From an uncultured Desulfosarcina sp. (GTDB lineage: Bacteria; Desulfobacterota; Desulfobacteria; Desulfobacterales; Desulfosarcinaceae): a stretch of 64,000 nucleotides of DNA. Of the stretch, positions 48,065 to 58,251 are shown piece by piece. The DNA is taken from NCBI GenBank assembly GCA_963674945.2, contig CAXXWQ010000003.1, positions 1,312,001 through 1,376,000 on the forward strand, read 5' to 3'. Within the stretch, counting starts at the first letter, position 1. Every line of letters starts with the position of its first letter. Below the pieces are notes generated by a model, which ran no database searches, had not been told where the DNA came from, and saw only the letters and a list, made by a program, of their open reading frames with translations. The translations under genes were made by a program, and so were the position numbers.

Positions 48065-49458
48065 CGATCCGATTCATCGTCAATTTCATCATCAGGCGAC
48101 CCTTCGATTACCCTCATGGTTCGCGCTACCGCACCCTGATTGGCGAGAAAGACATTGTGCGCACAAAGCCCCATTTCGTGACACGTCTTTTTGTTGGAAA
48201 GCAACCTTCTTACCTGTCCGGCCAGTCCATGTGCATCGTCGACGCGCATCGCACCACCGGCCCGGACCAGTGTCCGGCAAACCCACTGGAAATCCTCGGT
48301 GTGGGGTCCGAAGAGAATCGGTTTGGAGACCGACGCAGGTTCCAGGGGATTGTGTCCGCCGGCATTGACGAGACTTCCCCCCACAAAGGCAACGGCCGCC
48401 AACGGGTACAGGTATCGCAAAATACCGATCCGATCGACCACCACCACCCTTGCCCCCTTCCCCTCACCATCCTGGACCTGACGCAAGGTTTTTGCCTGGA
48501 TACCCGCCTTGATGAAAACGTCACACACCCCAGCGGCCCGGACCGGATCTCTCGGAGCAACGATAAGAAACGATTCGACACCTTGGCGGCAAAGAGATTG
48601 GTATACATCCGTCAACATCTCTTCCTCCCCTTCGTGTGTACTGCCGGCGATCCATAAGGGGTCGGAGTAAAAAAGTGTCTGCAGCGTAACGGTAATTCGG
48701 TTCGCTTCTTCACTGATGGTGTGATCCTGCGGTTGATCGAATTTCATGTTTCCCACAATCTGCAATCTCTTCTCACAAACCCCGAGGTCACGAAATCGAA
48801 CCCAATCGGCATGGGTTTGCAAACATATTCTGCAAAAGACCGCCAGCGAGGGAGACATGATGAAACGCGCACGTTTGTATCCGAGAAAGGATTTTTCCGA
48901 CAACCTGGCATTTACCAAAAAGACGGGGATGCGGCGTTTTCCCAAACAATCCAGAAAATTGGGCCATATATCGGTCTCCACAATCACAACCCGCCGCGGT
49001 CCGATAGTATCCAGCGCACGATTCACACAATACCGAAAATCATAGGGGAAATACCGAACCTCGTGAACATGGGGGCCGATCACATCAATGGCAGTCCCGT
49101 AACCGGTGAGTGTGGAAGCGGTAAATACCAACGCGCCCTTCCCGTGTTTTTCTTCCAACGCACATACCAATGGTTCGGCGGACAGGACTTCACCGACGGA
49201 AAGGGCATGAATCCATATGGGATTTCTTGTCTCATTGGAAGGAAGAGATTTTTTACGGTTCGCCACGGCCTCGATATACAGCCTTTTTCCTACCGTTCGG
49301 CGCCGTTTGTTTTGTAAAAGAATCAGTGGAATCCAGATGGGAGACAACAGGATGGTCCCGATCAGCATCAAATAATTATAGAAAAAAAGCATGATTCCCA
49401 TTTCCGGTTCGAAAAACGATGTGCCTGTTTTTCTTAGATCCCTTCGTACGTCTTTCAT
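48052..49458 (-). CDS. waaA: Kdo transferase
   Basis: WIHALSVGE, ETDIWPN, NARLS, GNMKFD, AGSTHEGEE, GGHNPLEP. Start uncertain (49458 by ATGA overlap, or 49392). Confidence 0.95.
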   Translation of the reverse strand: MKDVRRDLRKTGTSFFEPEMGIMLFFYNYLMLIGTILLSPIWIPLILLQNKRRRTVGKRLYIEAVANRKKSLPSNETRNPIWIHALSVGEVLSAEPLVCALEEKHGKGALVFTASTLTGYGTAIDVIGPHVHEVRYFPYDFRYCVNRALDTIGPRRVVIVETDIWPNFLDCLGKRRIPVFLVNARLSEKSFLGYKRARFIMSPSLAVFCRICLQTHADWVRFRDLGVCEKRLQIVGNMKFDQPQDHTISEEANRITVTLQTLFYSDPLWIAGSTHEGEEEMLTDVYQSLCRQGVESFLIVAPRDPVRAAGVCDVFIKAGIQAKTLRQVQDGEGKGARVVVVDRIGILRYLYPLAAVAFVGGSLVNAGGHNPLEPASVSKPILFGPHTEDFQWVCRTLVRAGGAMRVDDAHGLAGQVRRLLSNKKTCHEMGLCAHNVFLANQGAVARTMRVIEGSPDDEIDDESDRCVV

Positions 49459-50534
49459 AAGTTTGTGCTGAGAAGCAGGTAGCCCGATACACAAAAAAAG
49501 ACAATGTTTGCCACCCATGCGGCGATTACGGGCGGTAACATCTCCGCATATCCCAGGGAAATGCAGAAACTGTGAAAAATCCAGTAGAGGAACGCAATCC
49601 CCAATCCATACGTGATGCTGACCGCCATTCCCTCCTGCAGCTTACCTCGAAGGGCGATGGCCGTTCCCAGAAGACTGAGGAAAACATATACAAACGGTGC
49701 GGCAATCTTGCCATGGTAATCCACCCGGTATCGAACAGCACCGTATCCTTCCCGCTCCACTTTTTGAATATATCGGCCCAATTCTGCAAGCCCCATCTCA
49801 TCGGTTCGTTTCGCCGCCTGGGCGAGGTCATCGGGGTTCAGATCGATGTCCGCAACCAGGGTCTTTACGTAAACGAGCCGGTCTGTATTCGTATCCTGGC
49901 CAAATACCTGTTGGACGGCGTCGGACAGCTCCCACCTTCCATTGGTAAATCTTCCGGTTGTGGCATCGACACGTTCGGAAAGTCGGAATCGATCGGCGAA
50001 AGTGAATATGGTGATGCCTGAAACGCTTTTTTCTTCCGGATCATATTGAACGATGTGGATGATCTGTCGGGAGGCGCGCATCCAGATATCATTTGTCTTG
50101 GATGAAAAAATATTCTTTTTCCGGACCTCTGTAAGCCATATCTGGTTGGCACTCCCCATGAATATGGGTACGATCATCTCGGCAACCGTAAACGTGATCA
50201 CACAAAAAAAAAGACCCAATACCAGGGCGGGGGTAAGCAACAAGCGCTTTCCAATCCCACAGCTTCTCAGGGCCGTCACTTCATGATTTTTGCTCATCAA
50301 CCCCAAGGCCACGAGTATGGACAACAGAAAACCAACCGGCGCCACCTGTACGAAAATGAACGGTAGCTTGTAAAGAAGATATACGACACAACGGATGGCA
50401 GGAACTCCCGATTCCATAAAGTTATCTATTTTTTCGATAAAATCCACCGTCAAATAAATCGTGAGCACTGCCGATAGAACGATCAGAAAGCAAAGGAGGA
50501 TTTCCCTGGTTACATAGCGGTATAGAATTTTCAT
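49455..50534 (-). CDS. lptG: LPS export ABC permease LptG
   Basis: YjgP/YjgQ topology; HEVTALRSCG, AAWVANI; downstream of lptF. Confidence 0.9.
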   Translation of the reverse strand: MKILYRYVTREILLCFLIVLSAVLTIYLTVDFIEKIDNFMESGVPAIRCVVYLLYKLPFIFVQVAPVGFLLSILVALGLMSKNHEVTALRSCGIGKRLLLTPALVLGLFFCVITFTVAEMIVPIFMGSANQIWLTEVRKKNIFSSKTNDIWMRASRQIIHIVQYDPEEKSVSGITIFTFADRFRLSERVDATTGRFTNGRWELSDAVQQVFGQDTNTDRLVYVKTLVADIDLNPDDLAQAAKRTDEMGLAELGRYIQKVEREGYGAVRYRVDYHGKIAAPFVYVFLSLLGTAIALRGKLQEGMAVSITYGLGIAFLYWIFHSFCISLGYAEMLPPVIAAWVANIVFFCVSGYLLLSTNL

Positions 50535-51709
50535 TTCTTACCGACCCACTTTATCGTTTTGTCGACAACCGGCCAGAACCAATCAAATGAGAGATGTTTC
50601 TCCTTTGCAGACCGCACAAGCAGTAACACTCCGAAACCTCCGAGTGTAATATTGGGCACCCACATGGCGATCAGAGGAGGACAACTTCCATTTTCCCCCA
50701 AAGTCGTTCCAACCGTCAGCAAAATATAGTACAGCAGAAAATAAAAAAGGCAGAGTCCAATGCCGTAAGCCTTATTGGAACGGCGCGATACGATGCCCAG
50801 CGGAAGGGCCAATACCCCCATGGCCAGGCAAGCCACGGGAAGAGAAAACTTTTTATGATATTTCAATAAAGCGCTATCATATACATTCTTCCGGTCCCTT
50901 ACGGTATTCAGATATTCCGTTAATTCGGTCAATGTCATCTCATTCGGGGTCTTATGGGATTCACTGACGACAGACATGACATCCTTTAGGTCGAGCCGTA
51001 TGTCATAGGTTTTAAAATGAATCGTATGAGACGAACGTTTTTTTACATCCAGCTGATTGATGGTGCCGTTATACAACCGCAGATGATATATCAATTTTTC
51101 GGGTTCCCCCACCAAGACGCCTGTGCTGGCTACGACGGTATTGTGTGCGTTTGGCGTTCTCCGGTCTTCGATCAACACATTTTGCAGTGATCCGCTGTTG
51201 GGGTCGATTTTGTTTACATAGAGAATGACATCCTTGAAATTATCGTTGAATGTTCTCTCTTTGAGGCTTACGTCCAAATTGGTGGTTGCAACATCGAGAA
51301 CGAGCTTTTTGAACCGTTCGGCCGACAATGGTACACCGACGATGGTGATGTAGCCGGTGATCAAGGTCCCCAGCAAGCTGAAGGCCAGTACCGGAGGCAA
51401 CATTCTGTAAACGCTCAATCCGCCCGCTTTGATGGCCAGCACTTCATTATCGCCGGACATTCGCAGCAAAGCCAGCAATACCGCCATCATCACCGACATG
51501 GGGATAACATATTGAAAAAAATAGGGTGTGGTATAGGCCAGAAGCAGAAATACGTGAGCGAAGCTGACATTATGGTTGACAATCATATCGGTAATCTCGA
51601 GAAGCTGCTTCATGAGGAAGATGAAAGAGAAAAACGCCATGTTAATAAAAAACGGTGGCAGCATCTCGACAAACAGGTATCGATTCAGGATGGAAAATGG
51701 ATTATTCAA
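50531..51709 (-). CDS. lptF: LPS export ABC permease LptF
   Basis: LNRYLFVE, RMSGDNEVLAIKAGG, HKKFSLP, MWVPN. Confidence 0.9.
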   Translation of the reverse strand: MNNPFSILNRYLFVEMLPPFFINMAFFSFIFLMKQLLEITDMIVNHNVSFAHVFLLLAYTTPYFFQYVIPMSVMMAVLLALLRMSGDNEVLAIKAGGLSVYRMLPPVLAFSLLGTLITGYITIVGVPLSAERFKKLVLDVATTNLDVSLKERTFNDNFKDVILYVNKIDPNSGSLQNVLIEDRRTPNAHNTVVASTGVLVGEPEKLIYHLRLYNGTINQLDVKKRSSHTIHFKTYDIRLDLKDVMSVVSESHKTPNEMTLTELTEYLNTVRDRKNVYDSALLKYHKKFSLPVACLAMGVLALPLGIVSRRSNKAYGIGLCLFYFLLYYILLTVGTTLGENGSCPPLIAMWVPNITLGGFGVLLLVRSAKEKHLSFDWFWPVVDKTIKWVGKK

Positions 51710-51863
51710 TTATCGTCTCTTACGCTACCGAGGAGCATATATTTCGTTTGTCCTGAGGCAAGCGGTTCGCCTTTGGCAATTGAAAAGACTTTCTTATAAA
51801 AAGCGTTTCCCATTTAATCCATCGGGAAAATAATGGAAGAATGATCTTTTTTCATAATATTAT

Positions 51864-52580
51864 CTAACCATTTTTGGCCTGGAAAAGCTTTTTACGACGA
51901 CGGTTTTGCTCGTATCGCATCTGAAGCATCTCCACCATCAGCGCAAACCCCATGGGGAGATAAATATAGGCCTTGGGGATGTGTTTGTGCAACCCCTCCA
52001 TGAAAATCGTTACACCAATGGTAATCAAAAAAGACAACGCCAGGATTTTCAGCGCCGGATGACGTAAAATAAAGTCGCCAATGGGGCGGGCAAAGAAAAG
52101 TATGCCCACAAAGGAGATCACAACCGCCGTAATGATAATCCATAGGTGCTGGGTCAGTCCCACGGCCGTAATCACCGAATCGATGGAAAAGACGATGTCG
52201 AGCAAGACGATCTGGAAGACGACACTACTAAGTGAAACCTTGGATTTTTTACCGGCTTCACCGGTTTCATCGTCCAGTTCGATGGTATGGTGAATTTCAC
52301 GAACCGCTTTGTATAAGAGAAAGAGCCCACCGGACAGCATGATCAGGTCCCGGATCGAAAGATTGGCGATAACCGGTCGTGTCATGCTGGCCAATGCCAC
52401 GATGATTGCCAGCATGAAAATTCGTGCGACCATGGCCATGGAAAGGCCAATGATTCTGGCCTTTTGTCGCTGGTTTTCCGGAAGTCGGCCCACAAAGATG
52501 GCAATGACCAATACGTTGTCGACACCGAGTACCAGTTCCAGGCCGATTAAAAGCGCCAATAGGCCGATCGCATCCGCCAT
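51864..52580 (-). CDS. terC: TerC family membrane protein
   Basis: LELVLGVDN, LDIVFSIDSVITAVG, HPALKILAL; start ATG 52580. Confidence 0.92.
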   Translation of the reverse strand: MADAIGLLALLIGLELVLGVDNVLVIAIFVGRLPENQRQKARIIGLSMAMVARIFMLAIIVALASMTRPVIANLSIRDLIMLSGGLFLLYKAVREIHHTIELDDETGEAGKKSKVSLSSVVFQIVLLDIVFSIDSVITAVGLTQHLWIIITAVVISFVGILFFARPIGDFILRHPALKILALSFLITIGVTIFMEGLHKHIPKAYIYLPMGFALMVEMLQMRYEQNRRRKKLFQAKNG

Positions 52581-53015
52581 TATCTCTTCCTTTCTCCTTG
52601 GGGTAAACAAAAAACGTACGAGAATGACCAACGACCGATATGGTTGGAACACGATTGGATTAGAAATTCAATCCGTTGGTTCGCCGTTTCATCTCAGTTC
52701 AGTTTCATGGGAATTGCTGAAATGTCAACAGTTTTCGAATACGAAAAAATGCGGAAGGGGCGGCATCGAACAGCCATGAGAGCAAACGAAATAAAAAGGG
52801 GTGGGGTTCAACGATTTGGCGGATTGTCCTTTTTCGATATCATCTATTTGTTGTTAGGCTGATGTTTCAAACCAAATGAGTATTCCGAATTTAATGCAAC
52901 TGCGCCGCATGGGGGCAAATTTGCTATTTTTCACCCGGCGGCGCACCGGGCAGCCAGAAACGATAGGCGCGCCTGTCAATTTTCAATGAAAGACAAATCG
53001 CTGACACAGCACCAG

Positions 53016-53903
53016 CTATCCGTTGCGTGTTGCAACGTCGGCGTACAAAGGCATGAGGCGATCAAACAATTCCGCTACTTCGTTGGCGACATCCTCCTTT
53101 TTACCGATGGCCACCTCTTTTTCCATTGTTTTCTCGATACGCAGATCAACAACGGCGGATTTGGCCGCATCCGATAGAAAAGACTGGATTGATTCGACAT
53201 TCGTTTCATTCCCATCCGGATCGACACAGATCCATCGGTCCTCTTTTGCCATGAGGTCCCCGGTGAATCCTTTCTTGCCCAAATCACGCACGACGAGTGA
53301 GCCGGCATCCATCTGCTGGATCAGCCAAGAAATATTTTCCGGTTTTTCGAGCCAGGACATCAATCCCTGCCAATCGCTTGTCTCACCGTCGGAAACTTCG
53401 GGAGAGAGCAATTGAATGCCATAATAAAGGCTTGCTTTTTCTACACGAGCGTAAAATTTGGCCTGATCCTTCAGACTCACCTGTTTCTGCCGTTTGATGT
53501 CCATCCAACTGACCTCGGGTTTCCGAAGAACGGCCCAAGAGTTGAATTTGAAATGGCTGCTCTTCATCAATGCCGCCACTGCACCCCCAAGTTGTCCCCG
53601 ACCACGCCACGTCGTCTTGGAAACACGATTGCTGAAGTCATTTTCTTCGAGACCGCAAAATTGTTTCCCGCCAGTGGAAGCAGATGCCTTTCCACCTTTC
53701 GATTGGTTCTTTTCGGCTTCCTCCAACTCCTTTTCAAAACGCATGCGTTCGATGATGCGCCTTTGCAGATCAATGGGGGTATCAATCTCTTCACCATCTT
53801 CCCAACGGATGTCCATGGAGTCTCTCCGAATGGCAATCACCTCGAAAACGCCCTTCATGTTTTCATATTTTTCGCCGACTTGAAATTTGATCTCTTCTGC
53901 CAT
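53016..53903 (-). CDS. Hypothetical protein
   Basis: 295-aa ORF with AAGGAG RBS and protein-like composition; no family recognised. Confidence 0.75.
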   Translation of the reverse strand: MAEEIKFQVGEKYENMKGVFEVIAIRRDSMDIRWEDGEEIDTPIDLQRRIIERMRFEKELEEAEKNQSKGGKASASTGGKQFCGLEENDFSNRVSKTTWRGRGQLGGAVAALMKSSHFKFNSWAVLRKPEVSWMDIKRQKQVSLKDQAKFYARVEKASLYYGIQLLSPEVSDGETSDWQGLMSWLEKPENISWLIQQMDAGSLVVRDLGKKGFTGDLMAKEDRWICVDPDGNETNVESIQSFLSDAAKSAVVDLRIEKTMEKEVAIGKKEDVANEVAELFDRLMPLYADVATRNG

Positions 53904-54160
53904 TTGGTTCTCCTTGAAATAAAGGTTATATCAGTACCGATTTCCCCGCATGCACCAGCAAGCTCCATCCGCTACGTAAATCAAACACGTACTTTTCATC
54001 GGGTGCGGAAAATCGCTTTTTCGTCAACCTATCTGGTACCTGCGCGTTTGTCAAACGTTGCCCGAAGTTACATGAAGAGTGACGACCATTTGAGAATTTT
54101 CATGGAAGAATGAGTTACTTTGGCAATGCTGTTGGGCCATCTTTTACCTGGAAAAGCCGT

Positions 54161-54445
54161 TTACGCAACGGACGCATCGGTCTCACAGGTATAGGGATAG
54201 AAATGATGATAGCAAAATCCGCCCGGATCGCTGTACATCACCTCGGTTTCCGTCATGCAGTTGCCAATCATCTGTTTTGAAACTTCTGCATAATCCGGCC
54301 TGTTCTCCTCCACCTGCTTGCAAGCCAGGCAGATGGGCTGGTGATCAAACACCGATAAGATACGCTTTTGTGATGGGGATAGTTTCCCTTCACAACGACT
54401 ACAGGAAATCGCACACAACAAGTTATCTTCCCACGGATCTGTCAT
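54161..54445 (-). CDS. Small Cys/His-rich (putative metal-binding) hypothetical protein
   Basis: GGAGGG RBS; CSRC, CLAC, FCYHH...C. Confidence 0.7.
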   Translation of the reverse strand: MTDPWEDNLLCAISCSRCEGKLSPSQKRILSVFDHQPICLACKQVEENRPDYAEVSKQMIGNCMTETEVMYSDPGGFCYHHFYPYTCETDASVA

Positions 54446-54629
54446 TGGCTTACCCCTCCATATTGTTTTTATTGGAAATCCTTTCTTTACAATAACACAT
54501 AAGCGGTGATTTTCAACCCTCTGCCAGGGAGGGGAAGATGCGATGAACGGACGACACATGAACAAGCAGGAGGCCGGAAGGAAACACGAATTGCGTCACG
54601 TTTTTCGATACCGGTGCGAAGGGCGTTGA

Positions 54630-55940
54630 CTAGAGTCGCCAATAGCGGATTTCATTTTGAACGGCAGCGTCCGGGTCGAAGACACCCTTTACGTCAACGA
54701 TAATGGGTCTTTTTCCGCCACAAAGGCTTGCCAGTCTGGCAAGCCCCATTTCCTTGTAGTATTGATGGCAAACGGCCAGAATCAATGCATCCACCCCTTC
54801 GATCCGTTCCAGGTCCAACAGGTCGACACCATAGTATTTTTGGGATTCCGCGGGATCCGCCAGGGGATCATGTACCAGAACATCGATGCCGTAGTCGTCT
54901 AATTCGGCGATGATGTCCACGACCCTGGTGTTTCGAAGATCCGGAACGTTCTCCTTGAAGGTAATCCCCAGTACGCCGACACGGGTGTTGTTGATCTGCT
55001 TGCCCTCTTGAATCATCAATTTCACCAACCGCTCGGCAATGTGCTTGCCCATTGCGTCGTTAATGCGACGGCCGGCCAAAATCATCTCCGGATGGTAACC
55101 GATGGATTCAGCCTTGAATGTCAGGTAATAGGGATCGACACCGATACAATGCCCTCCGACCAGACCCGGCCGGAAAGGAAGAAAATTCCATTTGGTGCCG
55201 GCGGCCTCCAGAACCGAGGTTGTATCGATTCCCATGATATCGAAAATCATGGATAATTCGTTCATCAAAGCGATGTTCAAGTCCCGCTGGGTGTTTTCAA
55301 TGACCTTGGCCGCCTCTGCAACCTTGAGACTGGGTGCCACATGGATACCGGCCTTGACCACGCATCCGTAGACCTTTTCCAGCAGTCGGGACGTGGGTGC
55401 ATCGGAACCGGATACGATCTTCATAATCTTGTCCACCGTGTGCACTTTGTCACCGGGATTGATCCGCTCCGGTGAATACCCCACGGTAAAATCTTTTCCG
55501 AACACGAGGCCGGACGCCTCTTCGAGGATGGGAATGCAGACCTCCTCGGTTGCTCCTGGATAAACGGTGGATTCGAAGACCACCATACTGCCGGGTGAAA
55601 GATTTCGTCCGGTTGTCCGGGATGCGCTGCGAAGGGGGGTCAGGTCCGGTATACGGTGTTTGTCGATGGGTGTGGGAACGGCAACGATGATCAATCGACA
55701 ATCACCCAGGACATCGGGATCGTCCGTATACTGTATTCGGGCGTCGGCCATCTCCTCGTTGGATACCTCCATGGTCCGGTCTTTTCCGACGCGCAATTCC
55801 GTGATTCGTGAAGTCTTGCAGTCATACCCCACCACATCGAAATGCCGTGAAAGATGAACGGCAAGGGGCAGTCCCACATACCCCAGCCCCACGACGGCAA
55901 TCCTCTCGTCTCTTGATAAAAGTGCTTCATAGGTCAACAT
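54630..55940 (-). CDS. UDP-N-acetylhexosamine 6-dehydrogenase (TviB/WbpO family)
   Basis: VGLGYVGLP, ESTVYPG, YSPERINPGD, GGHCIGVDPYY, FKENVPDLRN; start ATG 55940. Confidence 0.93.
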   Translation of the reverse strand: MLTYEALLSRDERIAVVGLGYVGLPLAVHLSRHFDVVGYDCKTSRITELRVGKDRTMEVSNEEMADARIQYTDDPDVLGDCRLIIVAVPTPIDKHRIPDLTPLRSASRTTGRNLSPGSMVVFESTVYPGATEEVCIPILEEASGLVFGKDFTVGYSPERINPGDKVHTVDKIMKIVSGSDAPTSRLLEKVYGCVVKAGIHVAPSLKVAEAAKVIENTQRDLNIALMNELSMIFDIMGIDTTSVLEAAGTKWNFLPFRPGLVGGHCIGVDPYYLTFKAESIGYHPEMILAGRRINDAMGKHIAERLVKLMIQEGKQINNTRVGVLGITFKENVPDLRNTRVVDIIAELDDYGIDVLVHDPLADPAESQKYYGVDLLDLERIEGVDALILAVCHQYYKEMGLARLASLCGGKRPIIVDVKGVFDPDAAVQNEIRYWRL

Positions 55941-55983
55941 CAGCGCCTCTCCTTGTATTGCGCAAAAACCGGCATTTTCCGTT

Positions 55984-56724
55984 TTACTCCAAAGCGAGGT
56001 CGAGCTGCGAGAGCAACCGATGCACCTCATCTTCATGCAAGTGGCGCCACGATCCTTTGGCCAGACGGCCGAGGGTAAGATCTGCCACGCGAATCCGGTG
56101 GAGCCGTCTGACACGGTTTCCCACTTTCTTTACCATCCTGCGGATCTGCCGATTTCTCCCCTCTTTCAAAACGATTCGAAAACGATTCGGAGAAAGGCGG
56201 TGAACCCGGGCGGAACGGGTCATGACGCCGGAAAGGCGTATCCCCTTCTCCATGGTTGCCAGGTCTTCGTCGGATATGGGGCGCATAACGGCCACCTCAT
56301 ACTCCTTTTCGTGATCAAAGGAGGGATGCGAAAGACGGTGGTGAATGCGACCGTCATTGGTGAGCAGCAAGAGCCCGCTGGAATCCCTGTCCAGGCGTCC
56401 CACGGGAAAAAGCCGTTGGGGGAGTCGGACGAGGTCGGTCACCACCGGCTCCCCGCGGTGCTTGCAGCTCGTGACGATCCCCTCGGGTTTATTGAGCATG
56501 ATGTATACCCGTTTTCGGATCTGTCTTACCGGCACACCGTCGAGACAAATCAAATCTCGTCCGGGATCCACCTTGGTGCCGAGGGTGGTGACAATATTTC
56601 CATTGACGGTGACCCGACCGGCGAGAATGTGCGTTTCTCCCTTTCGTCGGGAGCAAGCCCCGGCATTGGAGAGAAACTTTTGCAGGCGGACCGATTCCAT
56701 TGGCGCCACCGTGCCTTTCGTCAC
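55984..56724 (-). CDS. RsuA/RluB-family rRNA pseudouridine synthase
   Basis: S4 domain (RLQKFL..SRR), LNKPEG, PVGRLDRDSSGLLLLTNDG, EGRNRQIRRM; alternative start 56700. Confidence 0.95.
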   Translation of the reverse strand: MTKGTVAPMESVRLQKFLSNAGACSRRKGETHILAGRVTVNGNIVTTLGTKVDPGRDLICLDGVPVRQIRKRVYIMLNKPEGIVTSCKHRGEPVVTDLVRLPQRLFPVGRLDRDSSGLLLLTNDGRIHHRLSHPSFDHEKEYEVAVMRPISDEDLATMEKGIRLSGVMTRSARVHRLSPNRFRIVLKEGRNRQIRRMVKKVGNRVRRLHRIRVADLTLGRLAKGSWRHLHEDEVHRLLSQLDLALE

Positions 56725-57905
56725 GAGCGGTAATCAGCGTTGATTTTGACGTAGTCCAGGGAAAAATCACAGGTGAGCATCCGGGCCGTCCCCCCTCCCA
56801 GGTTGAGGTCCAACGTCGCAGAAAACGCCGGTTTTTTCAATATGGCCGTGGCCCTCTCTTCGGCTTCGGGGCCACACCCCATTCCCTTTTCCACCATCTG
56901 CACATCATCGAAAAAAAGATCCAGGCAATCCGGGTCCAAGAAGACGCCGGCGCGGCCGGCAGCCGCAATGATACGTCCCCAATTGGCGTCTTCGCCGAAA
57001 AAAGCCGTCTTCACCAGCGGAGAATGGGCGATTGTGTCGGCAATGGCCAGGGCATCCGGATCGCTTTTGGCGCCGCGCACGATCAATTTGACGACCTTGG
57101 TCACCCCCTCACCGTCTTTCACCAACTGCCGGGCCAGGTCGATCAATAGATCATCCAGTTGTTTTCGGAAGGATTCCTTATCGCCAGGAGACTGAACCAC
57201 GGCGCCGGATGCACCGTTGGCCATGATGATCGCTGTATCGTTGGTACTGGTGTCACCGTCGATGGTGATCCGATTGAAAGAAACGTTCACGGACCGTTTC
57301 AACGCCGATTGGAGATCATCCACGGCGATCATGGCATCCGTTGCGATAAAACACAACATGGTGGCCATGTCCGGCCGGATCATTCCGGCGCCCTTGGCAA
57401 CGGCAACAATACGATAGGCGATATCGGACGCCTTGCCTTCGCGGACGGCCATCTTGGGTACCGTATCGGTTGTCATGATGGCATTGGCCAGTTCGATCAT
57501 CCCCTCCTCACGCAATCCTTTTGCCAAGAGCGGTATGGCCGAGGCAATCGTATGCGTAGGAAAGGGTTGACCGATTACGCCGGTGGAAGCCACCAGCACC
57601 TGCTCTTCGGGGATATTCAACACCCGGGCAACCTCGGCACTCATGGCCCGGGCGGCATCCATCCCCTGCCGGCCATTGGCGCAGTTGGCATTGCCTGAAT
57701 TGGCGATTACGGCCCGCGCCGTTCCGGATTTCACCCTTTCCCGATCCAGTTTCACCGGAGCGGCCTGGACCAGGTTGTTGGTAAACATCGCCGCCACGTT
57801 GGCCGGACGATCGGACACCAGCATTCCTAGATCGAGATTACCGTTTTTCTTTATCCCGGCAGCCACGCCACCTGCCGTGAATCCTTTACAGGTCATTTGT
57901 CCCAT
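56721..57905 (-). CDS. argJ: Bifunctional ornithine acetyltransferase / N-acetylglutamate synthase
   Basis: NSGNANC, ASTGVIG, KGAGMIRPDMA|TML autocleavage site, DGDTSTND, DGEG, DANWGR. Confidence 0.97.
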   Translation of the reverse strand: MGQMTCKGFTAGGVAAGIKKNGNLDLGMLVSDRPANVAAMFTNNLVQAAPVKLDRERVKSGTARAVIANSGNANCANGRQGMDAARAMSAEVARVLNIPEEQVLVASTGVIGQPFPTHTIASAIPLLAKGLREEGMIELANAIMTTDTVPKMAVREGKASDIAYRIVAVAKGAGMIRPDMATMLCFIATDAMIAVDDLQSALKRSVNVSFNRITIDGDTSTNDTAIIMANGASGAVVQSPGDKESFRKQLDDLLIDLARQLVKDGEGVTKVVKLIVRGAKSDPDALAIADTIAHSPLVKTAFFGEDANWGRIIAAAGRAGVFLDPDCLDLFFDDVQMVEKGMGCGPEAEERATAILKKPAFSATLDLNLGGGTARMLTCDFSLDYVKINADYRS

Positions 57906-58251
57906 GAAATTTTCCTCTTTAAACCATCTGCCACATAATAGAAAAATGAGTTCCTGATGATATCGTTGTTCGGCCAGAGTTGGTCTGGAAAAGCTTTTTA
58001 CGATGCCGTCAGCATAGGGCTTTTCATTGCTCAATTACCACTCCTTGTCAATCGGGGAAATTGAATTTTTCGGTTTGGATATTGCAGCCACTTCCCGGTC
58101 GCGCCGTCGCACTCGTATGGATAGAAATTCTAAATACAGGCAAAGACAGCCATCGATATTAACAATTGGACATCTCCCTATTTTCCGCGGGAAAAGATAT
58201 CATACGGGTTCACATACCGAAATGAATACCCGCTATGGATATTGAAAGGAG

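Noticed and set aside
57906..58034. N-terminal extensions given by the ORF track (argJ; similarly terC, fimT, waaA, the nucleotide-sugar dehydrogenase and the phasin-like gene)
   Set aside because: Downstream ATGs match RBS positions or family N-termini better.
58076..58242. Recurrent TGGATAT-like heptamers upstream of DCCP
   Set aside because: Irregular spacing and degenerate copies; cannot be distinguished from chance or assigned to a regulator.
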